DNA from: Promethearchaeota archaeon | GTDB lineage: Archaea; Asgardarchaeota; Thorarchaeia; Thorarchaeales; Thorarchaeaceae | Length of the DNA stretch: 64,000 bases | Assembly (NCBI GenBank): GCA_048939765.1 | Contig: JBHLPF010000011.1 | Location: forward strand, 14,896-78,895 | Direction: 5' to 3' | Shown here: in pieces, positions 28,311 through 37,747 of the stretch | How the letters are laid out: the number at the start of each line of letters is the position of its first letter | Numbering within the stretch: position 1 is the first letter of the stretch | Made by a program: the position numbers and the translations under genes | Notes under the pieces: generated by a model | Seen by the model: the letters and a program-made list of their open reading frames with translations, nothing else | Told to the model about the DNA's origin: nothing | The model's database searches: none

Positions 28311-29084
28311 ATGGTGAGTGATGGAATTGATATTAGAACTGAGGGACTTTCAAAGAACTTTGGGGCTATCCAGGCTCTCAAGGATTTGAATTTGGAAGTC
28401 AGGAAGGGGAGCACCTTTGGATTTCTGGGTCCAAATGGCGCAGGGAAGACAACGACTGTAAGAATCCTATCAGGACTCCTCAAGCCCAGTGCTGGACGGG
28501 CATCTGTGTGTGGATATGATGTAAACAGGCAGAGGGATGAAATCAAAGCAGTCACTGGATTGCTTCCTGAGGCACCAGGTCTGTATTCGAAGCTGTCTGC
28601 GGTGGAGTTTCTTGAGTTTATAGGTGCCCTGAACGACATCAGCGGCGATGTACTGAAGAACAGGATTGACAGTCTACTCGGGATTCTAGGACTGGAGGGA
28701 CGACAGAACGACCTGCTTGAGAGCTACTCGTCAGGAATGAAACAGAAGGTGCTAGTCGCATCAACAATCCTTCATGAACCGCAATTGGTGTTTCTTGATG
28801 AGCCTACATCCAGATTGGATCCTGCCGCGAGTGCTCTTGTCAAGGAAATGATACTTGCTATGGCTAAAGAGACTGAAACTACATTCTTCATCTGCACGCA
28901 CATGACGGACTTTGCGGAGGATGTCTGCGAAATAATCGGTATACTGAACGAGGGAGTTCTCACGACGTTGGGAACACCGCAGGAGATTATCAAGAACACA
29001 GAGGCTTCAGATCTTGAAGAGGCATACCTCAAAATCGTAGGGGGTGAAGTAGACAGAGAGTCACTATTGTCGTGGAGGAAGTGA
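28311..29084 (+). CDS. ABC transporter ATP-binding protein
   Basis: GPNGAGKTT, YSSGMKQK, FLDEP, H-loop CTH. Confidence 0.93.
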   Translation: MVSDGIDIRTEGLSKNFGAIQALKDLNLEVRKGSTFGFLGPNGAGKTTTVRILSGLLKPSAGRASVCGYDVNRQRDEIKAVTGLLPEAPGLYSKLSAVEFLEFIGALNDISGDVLKNRIDSLLGILGLEGRQNDLLESYSSGMKQKVLVASTILHEPQLVFLDEPTSRLDPAASALVKEMILAMAKETETTFFICTHMTDFAEDVCEIIGILNEGVLTTLGTPQEIIKNTEASDLEEAYLKIVGGEVDRESLLSWRK

Positions 29085-29085
29085 C

Positions 29086-30732
29086 ATGGCAAGGAATTGG
29101 CTTGTGATAGCCAAGACCGAGTATCTGGTTGCAACGTCGAGGTTCCATACAAGAAGGAAGGCCATTTCATTACTCATCGTGGCTTTCGCACTGGTCTGGG
29201 CACTATTCATCGCCCCCGCAATCATGTCTTCGTTTTTCAATCTGTTTGCAGTTGAGATACAGACGATTCTAGCCATAGCATTTCCAGGTCTAATGAGATC
29301 TGTAATGCTGCTCCTATGGATCATCGTTCTGATATACCCAATTTCCTATGCTCTGCAGGAAATAAGAATAGGACAATGGGAAATCATGCTGAGCAACAAT
29401 GTCAGTACAAGAGACATGCTTTTCGGGACTTTTCTAGGCAAGCTGCCGGGCTATGGCCTATTGGTGCTTTTCTTAGCTCCAGTGTTAATCTCACTCTTTG
29501 CCATCGTGTATCAGGTTTCCCTAATTGGACAGGCATTGATGTACGGTGTCCTGTATATCACGGCGCTTGTCACATTGTGGTTTTCTAACGTGATTTCCAC
29601 TGCAATCCAAGCAAAGCTCGGCGAGTCATCAAGAGGGAATGACATAGCAAAAGCTCTCAGCATGGTTGTTGCAGCCATTGTCATAGTCCCAATGTACGGC
29701 ATCATGTATTTTGCAGGCCCTCTTGCTGAAATCATGGGGATGGATGTCTTCCTCATTCTCCCCTCGACATGGGGTGCTGACCTAATCACATGGACTGCAA
29801 TATACTTCAATGGAGTTGGGCTACCGCAGTCAACAATTCTAGCCTTCGAGAGCATCCTGCTCTTCGGTCCTGCTCTTGATTTTCTCTTGATTGCTGCATT
29901 CTCAATCGTGTTGATAGCTTTTGGGCTCACCGCGTCGGATCGGCTCTTTACCATCGAAGCTGGAGCGAGGACAGAGGTAGTAACGACTGTCGGGCGGGAT
30001 AATCTGGTTCTGCGAGCAGTCAGAAATCTCCTATCAGGGTCATTTGGAGTAATGGTCGTCACGTCATTGAAAGACTTTGGAAGGAAAGCTCAAAACCTCT
30101 CGAGGTTGGGATATGGTGTCTTCCTATCCATTTTATTGCCTCTAATGATGAATTTCAGTGGAATTGGAAGTACAGTTGGAGACCCCTTATTCGTTCCAAT
30201 GATGGCCACATTCATGACTGGATTGATGTTGGGTATGCTTGGGGGTATTACTTTCGGAGGGATTGGTTTTCTTGACTCCAAGGATCAGCTTTGGATTCTG
30301 AAGGGGGCTCCGAACGGTGCATCTAAGTTTGTAAGAGCTAGGGTAGTCTCGCACTTTCTTTTCGCGATTCCAATCGCATTGATTTCCACCATTTCTGTTA
30401 CGGTCATTTTGGGATTGGGAATAGTAGTGTTTCTTGCGATGGCGGTTTATGTCTATACAGTACTTTGTGGTTCGATTCTTATCGCCACCGGAATTACAGC
30501 CAATAATCCAGCATATGAGGACATCAAAAGCAGTGCGTTTATGATCAATACAGGACTGACCATTATCATCATCATGTTTTCTTCCATGTTCACTTTGATT
30601 TGGGGAATATTGATCATATTGAGAGAGGGAAACATTCCTCTGGGGCTGTTGGTCAACACCGTGCCAATTCTAATCATAGGATTCATTGTGGTCTATATCG
30701 GTTCAAGACGACTCTCTATGCCTGATAACTAA
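29086..30732 (+). CDS. Putative ABC exporter permease (duplicated membrane domain)
   Basis: About 12 TMs, two halves each starting with a K(T/D)-type amphipathic motif; immediately follows the ATPase. Confidence 0.75.
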   Translation: MARNWLVIAKTEYLVATSRFHTRRKAISLLIVAFALVWALFIAPAIMSSFFNLFAVEIQTILAIAFPGLMRSVMLLLWIIVLIYPISYALQEIRIGQWEIMLSNNVSTRDMLFGTFLGKLPGYGLLVLFLAPVLISLFAIVYQVSLIGQALMYGVLYITALVTLWFSNVISTAIQAKLGESSRGNDIAKALSMVVAAIVIVPMYGIMYFAGPLAEIMGMDVFLILPSTWGADLITWTAIYFNGVGLPQSTILAFESILLFGPALDFLLIAAFSIVLIAFGLTASDRLFTIEAGARTEVVTTVGRDNLVLRAVRNLLSGSFGVMVVTSLKDFGRKAQNLSRLGYGVFLSILLPLMMNFSGIGSTVGDPLFVPMMATFMTGLMLGMLGGITFGGIGFLDSKDQLWILKGAPNGASKFVRARVVSHFLFAIPIALISTISVTVILGLGIVVFLAMAVYVYTVLCGSILIATGITANNPAYEDIKSSAFMINTGLTIIIIMFSSMFTLIWGILIILREGNIPLGLLVNTVPILIIGFIVVYIGSRRLSMPDN

Positions 30733-30782
30733 CTTCCGACATCTCCATAAGGAAGGGTAGTTGATTTGCTCCAGAAACGTGA

Positions 30783-31328
30783 GTGAGAATGAAACCAGAG
30801 CTTGTAGAGTTCACTGAATGGAATGAGTTGACTGAGCAGCTAGATGATGAGTTCGGAGAGGGTATTAGTAAGGCACTGCTCGGTGATCACGCCCCGGTGG
30901 CCATACCACAAGGTGATACCAAGTCATTCTATCTCATCCCAAAGAAGTGGATGACGGACATCGATGATATAGGCAAGGACTATGAGATTCATTCGCTTGG
31001 CATCAGATTAGGGGATATGACCAGAGGGGGATTTAGACTCAGTCTACATATCTTGGAAGAGCTTGCTAAGGTCACAGACCGCAAGCTCGTAGTTTCTCGT
31101 CAAGGCGCAGAATCCTTCTCTTATGGCCGAAGTATTCTCAAGGAGTCGGTAATAAGACTGAATCCCGATCTCAGGCGTGGCCAAAGAGTGATCGTGCTCA
31201 ACAAGGATAGCGAAGTCTTGGGACTTGCAGCCTTGTCCGTAGATGGAAACAAGCTGAAACGGCTAGCAAAAAACCGTCTAGTTGCCAAGAACCTCACGGA
31301 CATCGGAGCGTATCTTAGAGGCGCCTAG
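30783..31328 (+). CDS. nip7: Nip7-like PUA domain ribosome biogenesis protein
   Basis: SLGIRLG, FSYGRSILKES, VLGLA, NLTDIGAYLR. Confidence 0.82.
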   Translation: MRMKPELVEFTEWNELTEQLDDEFGEGISKALLGDHAPVAIPQGDTKSFYLIPKKWMTDIDDIGKDYEIHSLGIRLGDMTRGGFRLSLHILEELAKVTDRKLVVSRQGAESFSYGRSILKESVIRLNPDLRRGQRVIVLNKDSEVLGLAALSVDGNKLKRLAKNRLVAKNLTDIGAYLRGA

Positions 31329-32065
31329 ACAAACATGTCACTCGAGCGATCTGATGCCTCAATGGACTGACGCATCTTCTCAAGGCGTTCGATCTCTCTT
31401 GATTCCTTGAGTAGCTCTTCCACATTAGCCTCAACGCCATAGACCTCATTGATCTTCTCCAGCATGGTGGCTGCAGACTTCGGGTCTGGTCGACCCCTGG
31501 TAGCATAGGTAAGCAGACCAAGTGCAGCCTGTTCACGCATTTCGAGTTCTGCTAGCAAGAGGGCGAGCGGTCCCGCTACAAAGAGGCCTTCTTCAAGTAG
31601 TGGAACAGACCACTTCTCAAGTTGGTCACTATATGCACTGGTTGGTACACAACGCATTTCCTCTTCATCCTCTTTGAAGCTGGCATCTAATCCACCAAGC
31701 AAGAGTGACTCAGAGAACTTGCTGGCTGTAATCCACTCAGCCAAGCGATCGATCCACCCCCACTGTTCTGAGCTGTGGGGCTGAAATCTTGGAACAAGAA
31801 ATACCAGCTTCTTCTCAGCATACCAATATAGCTCGAAAGGTAGTACCAGACGTTCGTTCTCCATAGAAACGAAGAGAGGCAGCATATCGCTCTTGATGAA
31901 GCCCACTCTCTCAGCGTCGAGTGCCCGTGTAAGATGAGCAGTACTGAGGAAGCCAACTTCTCCAAGACCATGAAAACCACAGACGAAAGTTGAGCCTGGC
32001 TCAACCTTGAAGCCGTCCTTCAGGATTATCTCAAATGTTGAATCTCGTGTAGCGACAAACGCCAT
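31325..32065 (-). CDS. Proteasome assembly chaperone PAC2 family
   Basis: GFHGLGEVG, GPLALLL, RPDPKSAA, VEELLKES, C-terminal DMFV. Confidence 0.88.
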   Translation of the reverse strand: MAFVATRDSTFEIILKDGFKVEPGSTFVCGFHGLGEVGFLSTAHLTRALDAERVGFIKSDMLPLFVSMENERLVLPFELYWYAEKKLVFLVPRFQPHSSEQWGWIDRLAEWITASKFSESLLLGGLDASFKEDEEEMRCVPTSAYSDQLEKWSVPLLEEGLFVAGPLALLLAELEMREQAALGLLTYATRGRPDPKSAATMLEKINEVYGVEANVEELLKESREIERLEKMRQSIEASDRSSDMFV

Positions 32066-32308
32066 TCCATTTACCTCAGTTTGAAGGGTGAAGCTGTAAT
32101 TGACTCAGTTGTCAAGGAAATGAGTCTTTCAGCTGCTTTTGAGACTATGTATGTGTCCCATATGACAAGGTTTGGGCAGATTGATGCGAAATATCATTAT
32201 CGTTGAATATTGCACGACCCTGATTGCTGGACTTTATAAGCCTAATAATTAATAGGATAAGATATCAGTTCATAGAATGAATGTATGGTTGAGAAGACGG
32301 GGTAGGAC

Positions 32309-34528
32309 ATGGTGAGCACGCTCCGAGAGCTTGAGCTCGCACAGGTGGCACCACGACTCATAGAGCTTTTGCGCAAAAGAGGCATCGACAGGCTTACGGA
32401 GTTTCAGCTCGAATCAGTGACCAACGGCATAATGCGTGATGGCAATCAGATACTTGCCACTTACGACTATGGCGAAGCCTATCAGATAGCCGAGATCGCG
32501 ATTCTAAACAGAGTGGCTTCAGACTATCACGCACGGGTATTGGTTCTATGTCCCAATCCACATCAAGCAGAGATGAAGTATAATTCGATTAGCCAAAAAT
32601 GTCGTCGACTCGGAATTGAATCAGCCGCCATCATTAGAAGAAGGGACGCCATACAAGAAGAATGGCAGAGTGGTAGAGTAGTCGTAGCGACCTATCGAGC
32701 AATGGACATCGCTCTTAGAATCGCTCCGGATGCACTTGAAAATGTAGTCGCAGTATTGATTGACCGACTTGATCTTATTGGCCAACCGGGCTTAGGAGCC
32801 ACACTTGAAACAGTACTTGTTGCGTTGATGGGAATAGGCAAGCCCATCCAGTATGTCGCAATCTCTCCGCCTGTCGCTGACATAGAAGAGCTAGCAAACT
32901 GGCTTAATGCCAGTCAAATCATCGATCAAAAGGCCGAGGTCAAACTAATCTTCAGCGTGAAGTCATTTGACAGTGTAAGTGAATCACTAGCAGACCTTAC
33001 CGAGTTTGTGCATTATCGAAGGGGACAGGTCATGATTCTTTGTGCAAATGCTTCCACTTCAGAAGATCTGGCGGCTCGCTTGTCAGGCAAAAGCGGAGAT
33101 GATGATGTGGCGCTGGATCTCAGGCTCACGCCAGAGTATCGTGACGACCTCAGGGAACTATCTCTGAGTGTCATGAAGTCCTATCGAGAATGCGAGATGA
33201 CAACAAAACTAGGTTCTACAGTATCGCAAGGTGTTGCTTTCTTTCATGAGGGTGTATCACGGGCACAGAGAAGAGTGATCTCGGAGGCATGGGAGGATGG
33301 GCTTCTCCCTGTCATCGTGATGCCAATGCGCTTCGCAATTGCCAGCGGACTGAGGGCGACCGTGGTCTTCCTGATGGGCGTGTTCATGCAAGAGTTGGGG
33401 AAAGATCTTGTCTACGAAGATAGCGTCACAATGCTTTCGGAATGGCAATTAAACGATGTACTGCAATCAGCTGGTAGACGAGGAATAGACAACGATGCGT
33501 TTGGAATAGTGGTTGTAGACAATGAAGAAGAAAAGACGCGCATTCTAGCAAAATATTTCGTCGCTGATTCAGAGGGAAACATCAGTCCTAGAGAAGGCGA
33601 GGTAGACAGTGTCATGGATGATACAGAGAACATCCAGGACTTGGTTCTTGGCCAGATATGTGGGGTTTCCAAAGAATCTGTGGACCCCTTCTCCGTAATC
33701 AATCGAACCTTTTGGGCTACAAGTAACCGAATGACTGACCCTATTCGAGATGGCACCTTGACTTCTGATGGGACAACTGTGGATCAGCTAGTTTCACTGA
33801 GGACTACCAAATCTACAGAAAAACGTGCAGAAGAAATCCCAGACGAGAGTGTCAAGGTCGTCTCCTTGAACCCCTCCAAGATCGAAGGACTTGTTCGTAG
33901 TGGGAGTAGAGAGATGTGGCACTATGTATCCCTGAAGGCATCTGATGGTGTGTCTTGTTCATGTGAATCATGGAAATATCAGGGCATACGAAGACATAGA
34001 CTCTGCAAACATCTTGTGAAATTCGCAAAACATGCCTTGAAAGGGGAAGACACCAAGCAATACGCGGCAAGCGTCATAGAACAGTCACTTCGAGGGCTTG
34101 AGGTAAGTGGTGAACTTGAGAGAGCTGGGCTTGTTCAGCGTGTCAAGAAAACAATCAGATGCACGGAACTAGGTGAGAATGTGACCTATCTTGGAGTTCC
34201 AGTGCCTGATGCCAAACGCGTCATGAAGGCAATATCGGAGCGCAAGGGGAATCTAAAGGACATCCTCCTCGTTGTTGCTACGGCAAGAAGCAATCTACCA
34301 AGAGAGGTCGTTAGTCGGATTATAGATGCGCTCCCGGCTGATAATATTGAGGACCTCGTGTGTGACAAGAATGAGATGCCAGGAATAGTCGAGAACTGCA
34401 TTGAGGAGATTGACTACATCAATATGATCCTACTAAGACTGATGGGAGAGAAACGAAAGGACAGGCTGATGAAAGACAGCATTGCATTGGAAGACAATCT
34501 TAGAACACTCATTGGTGCAATCAGATAG
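32309..34528 (+). CDS. Inactive Ski2/Hel308-like helicase with SWIM zinc finger
   Basis: Helicase scaffold recognisable (LTEFQ Q-motif, GVAFFHEG, QSAGR) but Walker A and DExH are lost; SWIM CSC-x13-CKH. Confidence 0.75.
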   Translation: MVSTLRELELAQVAPRLIELLRKRGIDRLTEFQLESVTNGIMRDGNQILATYDYGEAYQIAEIAILNRVASDYHARVLVLCPNPHQAEMKYNSISQKCRRLGIESAAIIRRRDAIQEEWQSGRVVVATYRAMDIALRIAPDALENVVAVLIDRLDLIGQPGLGATLETVLVALMGIGKPIQYVAISPPVADIEELANWLNASQIIDQKAEVKLIFSVKSFDSVSESLADLTEFVHYRRGQVMILCANASTSEDLAARLSGKSGDDDVALDLRLTPEYRDDLRELSLSVMKSYRECEMTTKLGSTVSQGVAFFHEGVSRAQRRVISEAWEDGLLPVIVMPMRFAIASGLRATVVFLMGVFMQELGKDLVYEDSVTMLSEWQLNDVLQSAGRRGIDNDAFGIVVVDNEEEKTRILAKYFVADSEGNISPREGEVDSVMDDTENIQDLVLGQICGVSKESVDPFSVINRTFWATSNRMTDPIRDGTLTSDGTTVDQLVSLRTTKSTEKRAEEIPDESVKVVSLNPSKIEGLVRSGSREMWHYVSLKASDGVSCSCESWKYQGIRRHRLCKHLVKFAKHALKGEDTKQYAASVIEQSLRGLEVSGELERAGLVQRVKKTIRCTELGENVTYLGVPVPDAKRVMKAISERKGNLKDILLVVATARSNLPREVVSRIIDALPADNIEDLVCDKNEMPGIVENCIEEIDYINMILLRLMGEKRKDRLMKDSIALEDNLRTLIGAIR

Positions 34529-34600
34529 CTTTTTACGGGAGGACCATCGAGCGGGGCTCCAGTTAGAGGGTCAGTATCCTTCGCGTCCCGGTGAATATCC

Positions 34601-35746
34601 ATGAAGTTGTTCGAACACGAAGCCAAAGATATCTTTCGAGCTTTTGGTTTGCCTACGCCACCTGGTGGAGTTGCCAGAACCCCAGATGAGGCGAAGAAAC
34701 GAGCTGCTGAGGTCGGCAAGCCAGTTGTGGTGAAGGCACAGGTTCTTGCCGGGAAGAGAGGCAAGGCGGGAGGAATCAAATTTGCTGACACGCCTGACGA
34801 GGCAGCTAAGCATGCTGAAGAGATACTGAAGATGAAAATCAACGATCTGCCTGTTGAGGCAGTCTTGATTGAGGAGATGCTTGACATTCAGCAGGAGATC
34901 TATGCAGGGATAACCGTCGACAGAAATGAACGCAAGTATATTGTCATCGGAAGTGGCGCAGGCGGAATGTCTATCGAGGAGCTTGCAGAAGAGAGCCCTG
35001 AGAAGATCATCAAACATCATGTTGAACCTGATTTTGGTCTGCAGCCCTTTGAGGCCCGTGAGATAGCAATAGCAATGGGCTTTACTGGAAAGAGCATCAA
35101 CAGAGTAGCAGGATTCTTTCTCAAACTCTGGGAGATAGTGAAAGCTCGAGATGTAGAGTTGACCGAGATCAATCCTCTGATTCTCACCAAGGATGGTCGA
35201 TTTCTTGCAGCGGATGCAAGGTTGAACATTGATGACAATGCACTATACAGGCACAAGAATCTGATAGAGGGTCTCAAGCGAGAACCGATGGAACAGAATG
35301 AGAGAGAGCGAGCAGCCACTCACGAGGGAATGGCCTACGTGGAGTTGGAGGGGGACATTGCATGCATCTGTAATGGTGCAGGACTAACCATGGCAACACT
35401 GGATGCAGTGTCACTCTATGGTGGTACAGCTAGCACGTTTCTAGACCTTGGAGGCGGGGCAGATGCAGAGAGAGTCGAGAGAGGAATAGAGATTGCCATG
35501 AAGTATGACAAGGTGAAGGCAATACTGGTTAACATCATGGGCGGAATCACCAGATGTGACGAGGTCGCCAATGGTATCTTGGCTGCAAAGAGGGATGGTG
35601 ACATCAAAGTGCCGCTGGTCATCAGAATGGTAGGCACCAATGAAGAGGAAGGACAAGAGATTCTCAGGCAGGCCGGAGTCCCATTCCTGAAGACTATGGA
35701 AGAGGCAGCTCAAAAGGTCGTGAGCTTGGTCAGGGAGGGAGCGTAG
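34601..35746 (+). CDS. sucC: Succinyl-CoA synthetase beta subunit
   Basis: MKLFEHEAK, KAQVLAGKRGKAGG, EINPL, NGAGL, FLDLGGG, NIMGGITRCD. Confidence 0.97.
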   Translation: MKLFEHEAKDIFRAFGLPTPPGGVARTPDEAKKRAAEVGKPVVVKAQVLAGKRGKAGGIKFADTPDEAAKHAEEILKMKINDLPVEAVLIEEMLDIQQEIYAGITVDRNERKYIVIGSGAGGMSIEELAEESPEKIIKHHVEPDFGLQPFEAREIAIAMGFTGKSINRVAGFFLKLWEIVKARDVELTEINPLILTKDGRFLAADARLNIDDNALYRHKNLIEGLKREPMEQNERERAATHEGMAYVELEGDIACICNGAGLTMATLDAVSLYGGTASTFLDLGGGADAERVERGIEIAMKYDKVKAILVNIMGGITRCDEVANGILAAKRDGDIKVPLVIRMVGTNEEEGQEILRQAGVPFLKTMEEAAQKVVSLVREGA

Positions 35747-36616
35747 ATGGTCGTATTGGTTGACAAGGATACCAGAGTCATTATACAGGGCATAACAGGT
35801 TCACAGGGCACCTTCCACTCTGAAGCAATGTTGGGATATGGTACGAAGATTGTTGCCGGGGTCACCCCAGGTAAAATGGGAGAGGAAGTCCATGGAATCC
35901 CAGTCTATGACAGTGTCAGAGCTGCCAAAGAGGCCCAAGATGCTACTGCTTCCGTAATCTTTGTTCCTGCGCCTTTCGCAGGAGACGCAGCTCTAGAGGC
36001 AATTGCAGCAGATCTGAATCCAGTCGTGGTGATTACTGAACACGTTCCTGTGCTTGACGAGATGAGAGTGATACATGCTGCAAAAAGAAAGGGGATAGCA
36101 GTGATTGGTCCAAACACACCAGGCATCATCACACCCAGCGCCAAACAGAAACTCGGGATAATGCCAGGACATGTCTTCTCAGGGGGCAGAGTAGGCCTCA
36201 TGTCTCGTAGCGGCACACTGACGTACGAGATAGCTGCTGGAATGACAAACGCAGGTATCGGAATCTCGACGGCAATCGGGTTGGGAGGCGACCCCTGCGT
36301 GGGTCTGACGACAATAGAGGCTGTAGAGATGTTCAACAAGGATTCAGGAACTGACGCCATGGTGTTGGTCGGTGAGATTGGCGGCGATGCAGAGGAGCGT
36401 GCAGCGGCCTATATCAAGAAGCATGTGAAGAAGCCCGCAGTTGGGTTCATAGCAGGGAGAACAGCACCACCAGGAAAGAGAATGGGACATGCAGGCGCCA
36501 TCATCAGCGGGAGTTCTGGTACGGCTGCAGCCAAGATCGAGGCGTTCTCCAACGCTGGAGTTCCTGTTGCTGAGAAGCCTAGTGATATCGCGAAGCTTCT
36601 GAAGGATGTCATCTAG
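35747..36616 (+). CDS. sucD: Succinyl-CoA synthetase alpha subunit
   Basis: QGITG..GTFH, IGPNTPG, SRSGTLTYE, GKRMGHAGA phospho-His. Confidence 0.97.
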   Translation: MVVLVDKDTRVIIQGITGSQGTFHSEAMLGYGTKIVAGVTPGKMGEEVHGIPVYDSVRAAKEAQDATASVIFVPAPFAGDAALEAIAADLNPVVVITEHVPVLDEMRVIHAAKRKGIAVIGPNTPGIITPSAKQKLGIMPGHVFSGGRVGLMSRSGTLTYEIAAGMTNAGIGISTAIGLGGDPCVGLTTIEAVEMFNKDSGTDAMVLVGEIGGDAEERAAAYIKKHVKKPAVGFIAGRTAPPGKRMGHAGAIISGSSGTAAAKIEAFSNAGVPVAEKPSDIAKLLKDVI

Positions 36617-36715
36617 CGCCAGCCAGAGCACAAGCTTTTAAAACCCAACTCAGCAGGAAAGCGGGAGCGGGCTCACGGGACTCGCTATGCGCCGCAATGA
36701 ATTGAGGTCTAGGAA

Positions 36716-36874
36716 ATGCCAGTAGCTGACATCGAGAAACGCAGGCTTGCACAGCACTACTTGCTCTACAAGTCAGTATGCCGATATTGTGGAGCCACCA
36801 ATCCGTATAAGGCGAAGAAGTGCAGGAAGTGCAAGACAAAGGACCTCAGACCCAAACGACGTGCACGAAAGTAG
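36716..36874 (+). CDS. rpl40e: 50S ribosomal protein eL40 (missed by ORF track)
   Basis: [52 protein letters not shown], with CxxC..CxxC and LRPK. Confidence 0.95.
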   Translation: MPVADIEKRRLAQHYLLYKSVCRYCGATNPYKAKKCRKCKTKDLRPKRRARK

Positions 36875-37110
36875 ACCCTCTGGACAATGGACACCAATTC
36901 CCAGTTCAGCAGGGGCTTTTTGCCTCTTGGAGAGTATCTGTATCATTCTAGTGACCTTGCGGACTGTTTCACTGTGCCACCGTAATACTTATTTATGTAA
37001 TATGTAATACTGATACGTGAGTGTTTCGTAATGTGTGTTAGAACGGTGATGGAAGTTTTCCGATTCGAATGTCTGAGTTCCAACACCATCTGTAATGAGG
37101 AGGCGGTATC

Positions 37111-37278
37111 TTGAGAAGCCATGAGATACAGCTCAAGGATGCCACCCTTAGAATACAAAACGTAGAAAGCCGTGACGGCACGGTTGTCTGCGGAGAAACA
37201 GTGACTGCTCATATACTGAGGAACAATGGTGGCAGAAGATTCAGCGTATATGTTTATGATAAGAGGCCTGCATCTTAG
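37111..37278 (+). CDS. Unannotated 55-aa small protein
   Basis: TTG start after GAGGAGG; MRSHEIQLKDATLRIQNVESRDGTVVCGETVTAHILRNNGGRRFSVYVYDKRPAS; AT-rich promoter-like tract at about 36985-37005. Confidence 0.5.
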   Translation: MRSHEIQLKDATLRIQNVESRDGTVVCGETVTAHILRNNGGRRFSVYVYDKRPAS

Positions 37279-37353
37279 AAGGGCAGAAGCCATTTTCTTA
37301 GTCGGGTATCCATTATTCTTATATCCGAATTAATATCCAGACAGCGCATACCT

Positions 37354-37460
37354 GGGCGGGTGGTCTAGCTGGCTATGACGTCGCCTTCACACGGCGAAGT
37401 TCAGGGGTTCGAAAGCATCCAAGAATTTCTTGCTTGCTGAAAATCCCCTCCTGCCCACCA
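37354..37460 (+). tRNA. tRNA-Val(CAC) with 30-nt intron in the T-loop (37414-37443), genomic CCA
   Basis: Acceptor GGGCGGG/CCTGCCC, anticodon arm TCGCC-TTCACAC-GGCGA, T arm AGGGG/CCCCT; splicing at a canonical BHB restores TTCGAAT. Confidence 0.95.
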
Positions 37461-37531
37461 TCTTCTCTGATGCCAATCCGTCACTCTTATAACGAGTTGG
37501 ACTTCGGAGTGGTTGTTGCGGAGGCTCAAGA

Positions 37532-37747
37532 ATGCCAAAACAAATCTATGATGTAGAGAGATTCCTCGAGATGACCGAAGATGCCCAAGAGTGCAGAGTC
37601 AAGAGAGGGACAGGTGAGGTCAAGCTGAAACTCCGAACCACCAAATATCTCTACACGATTATTCTAGAGCCACAGCAGGCCGAGGAAGTCTTGACTCGTG
37701 TGAAGTGTCAGATAGTTGAGGCGCGTCCTGAACCTGAAGAGGCCTAA
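37532..37747 (+). CDS. rpl38e: 50S ribosomal protein eL38
   Basis: MPKQIYDVERFL...VKLKLRTTKYLYTI. Confidence 0.93.
   Translation: MPKQIYDVERFLEMTEDAQECRVKRGTGEVKLKLRTTKYLYTIILEPQQAEEVLTRVKCQIVEARPEPEEA

Noticed and set aside
36943-37293. 116-aa minus-strand ORF from the track
   Set aside because: No recognisable motif or RBS; overlaps a better supported plus-strand sORF with GAGGAGG
36980-37305. SRP RNA or RNase P RNA
   Set aside because: Could not find the SRP helix 8 signature or the RNase P GAGGAAAGUCC core on either strand
37354-37531. tRNA as integration site of a mobile element
   Set aside because: No integrase and no duplicated tRNA 3' end seen; flanked by core ribosomal protein genes
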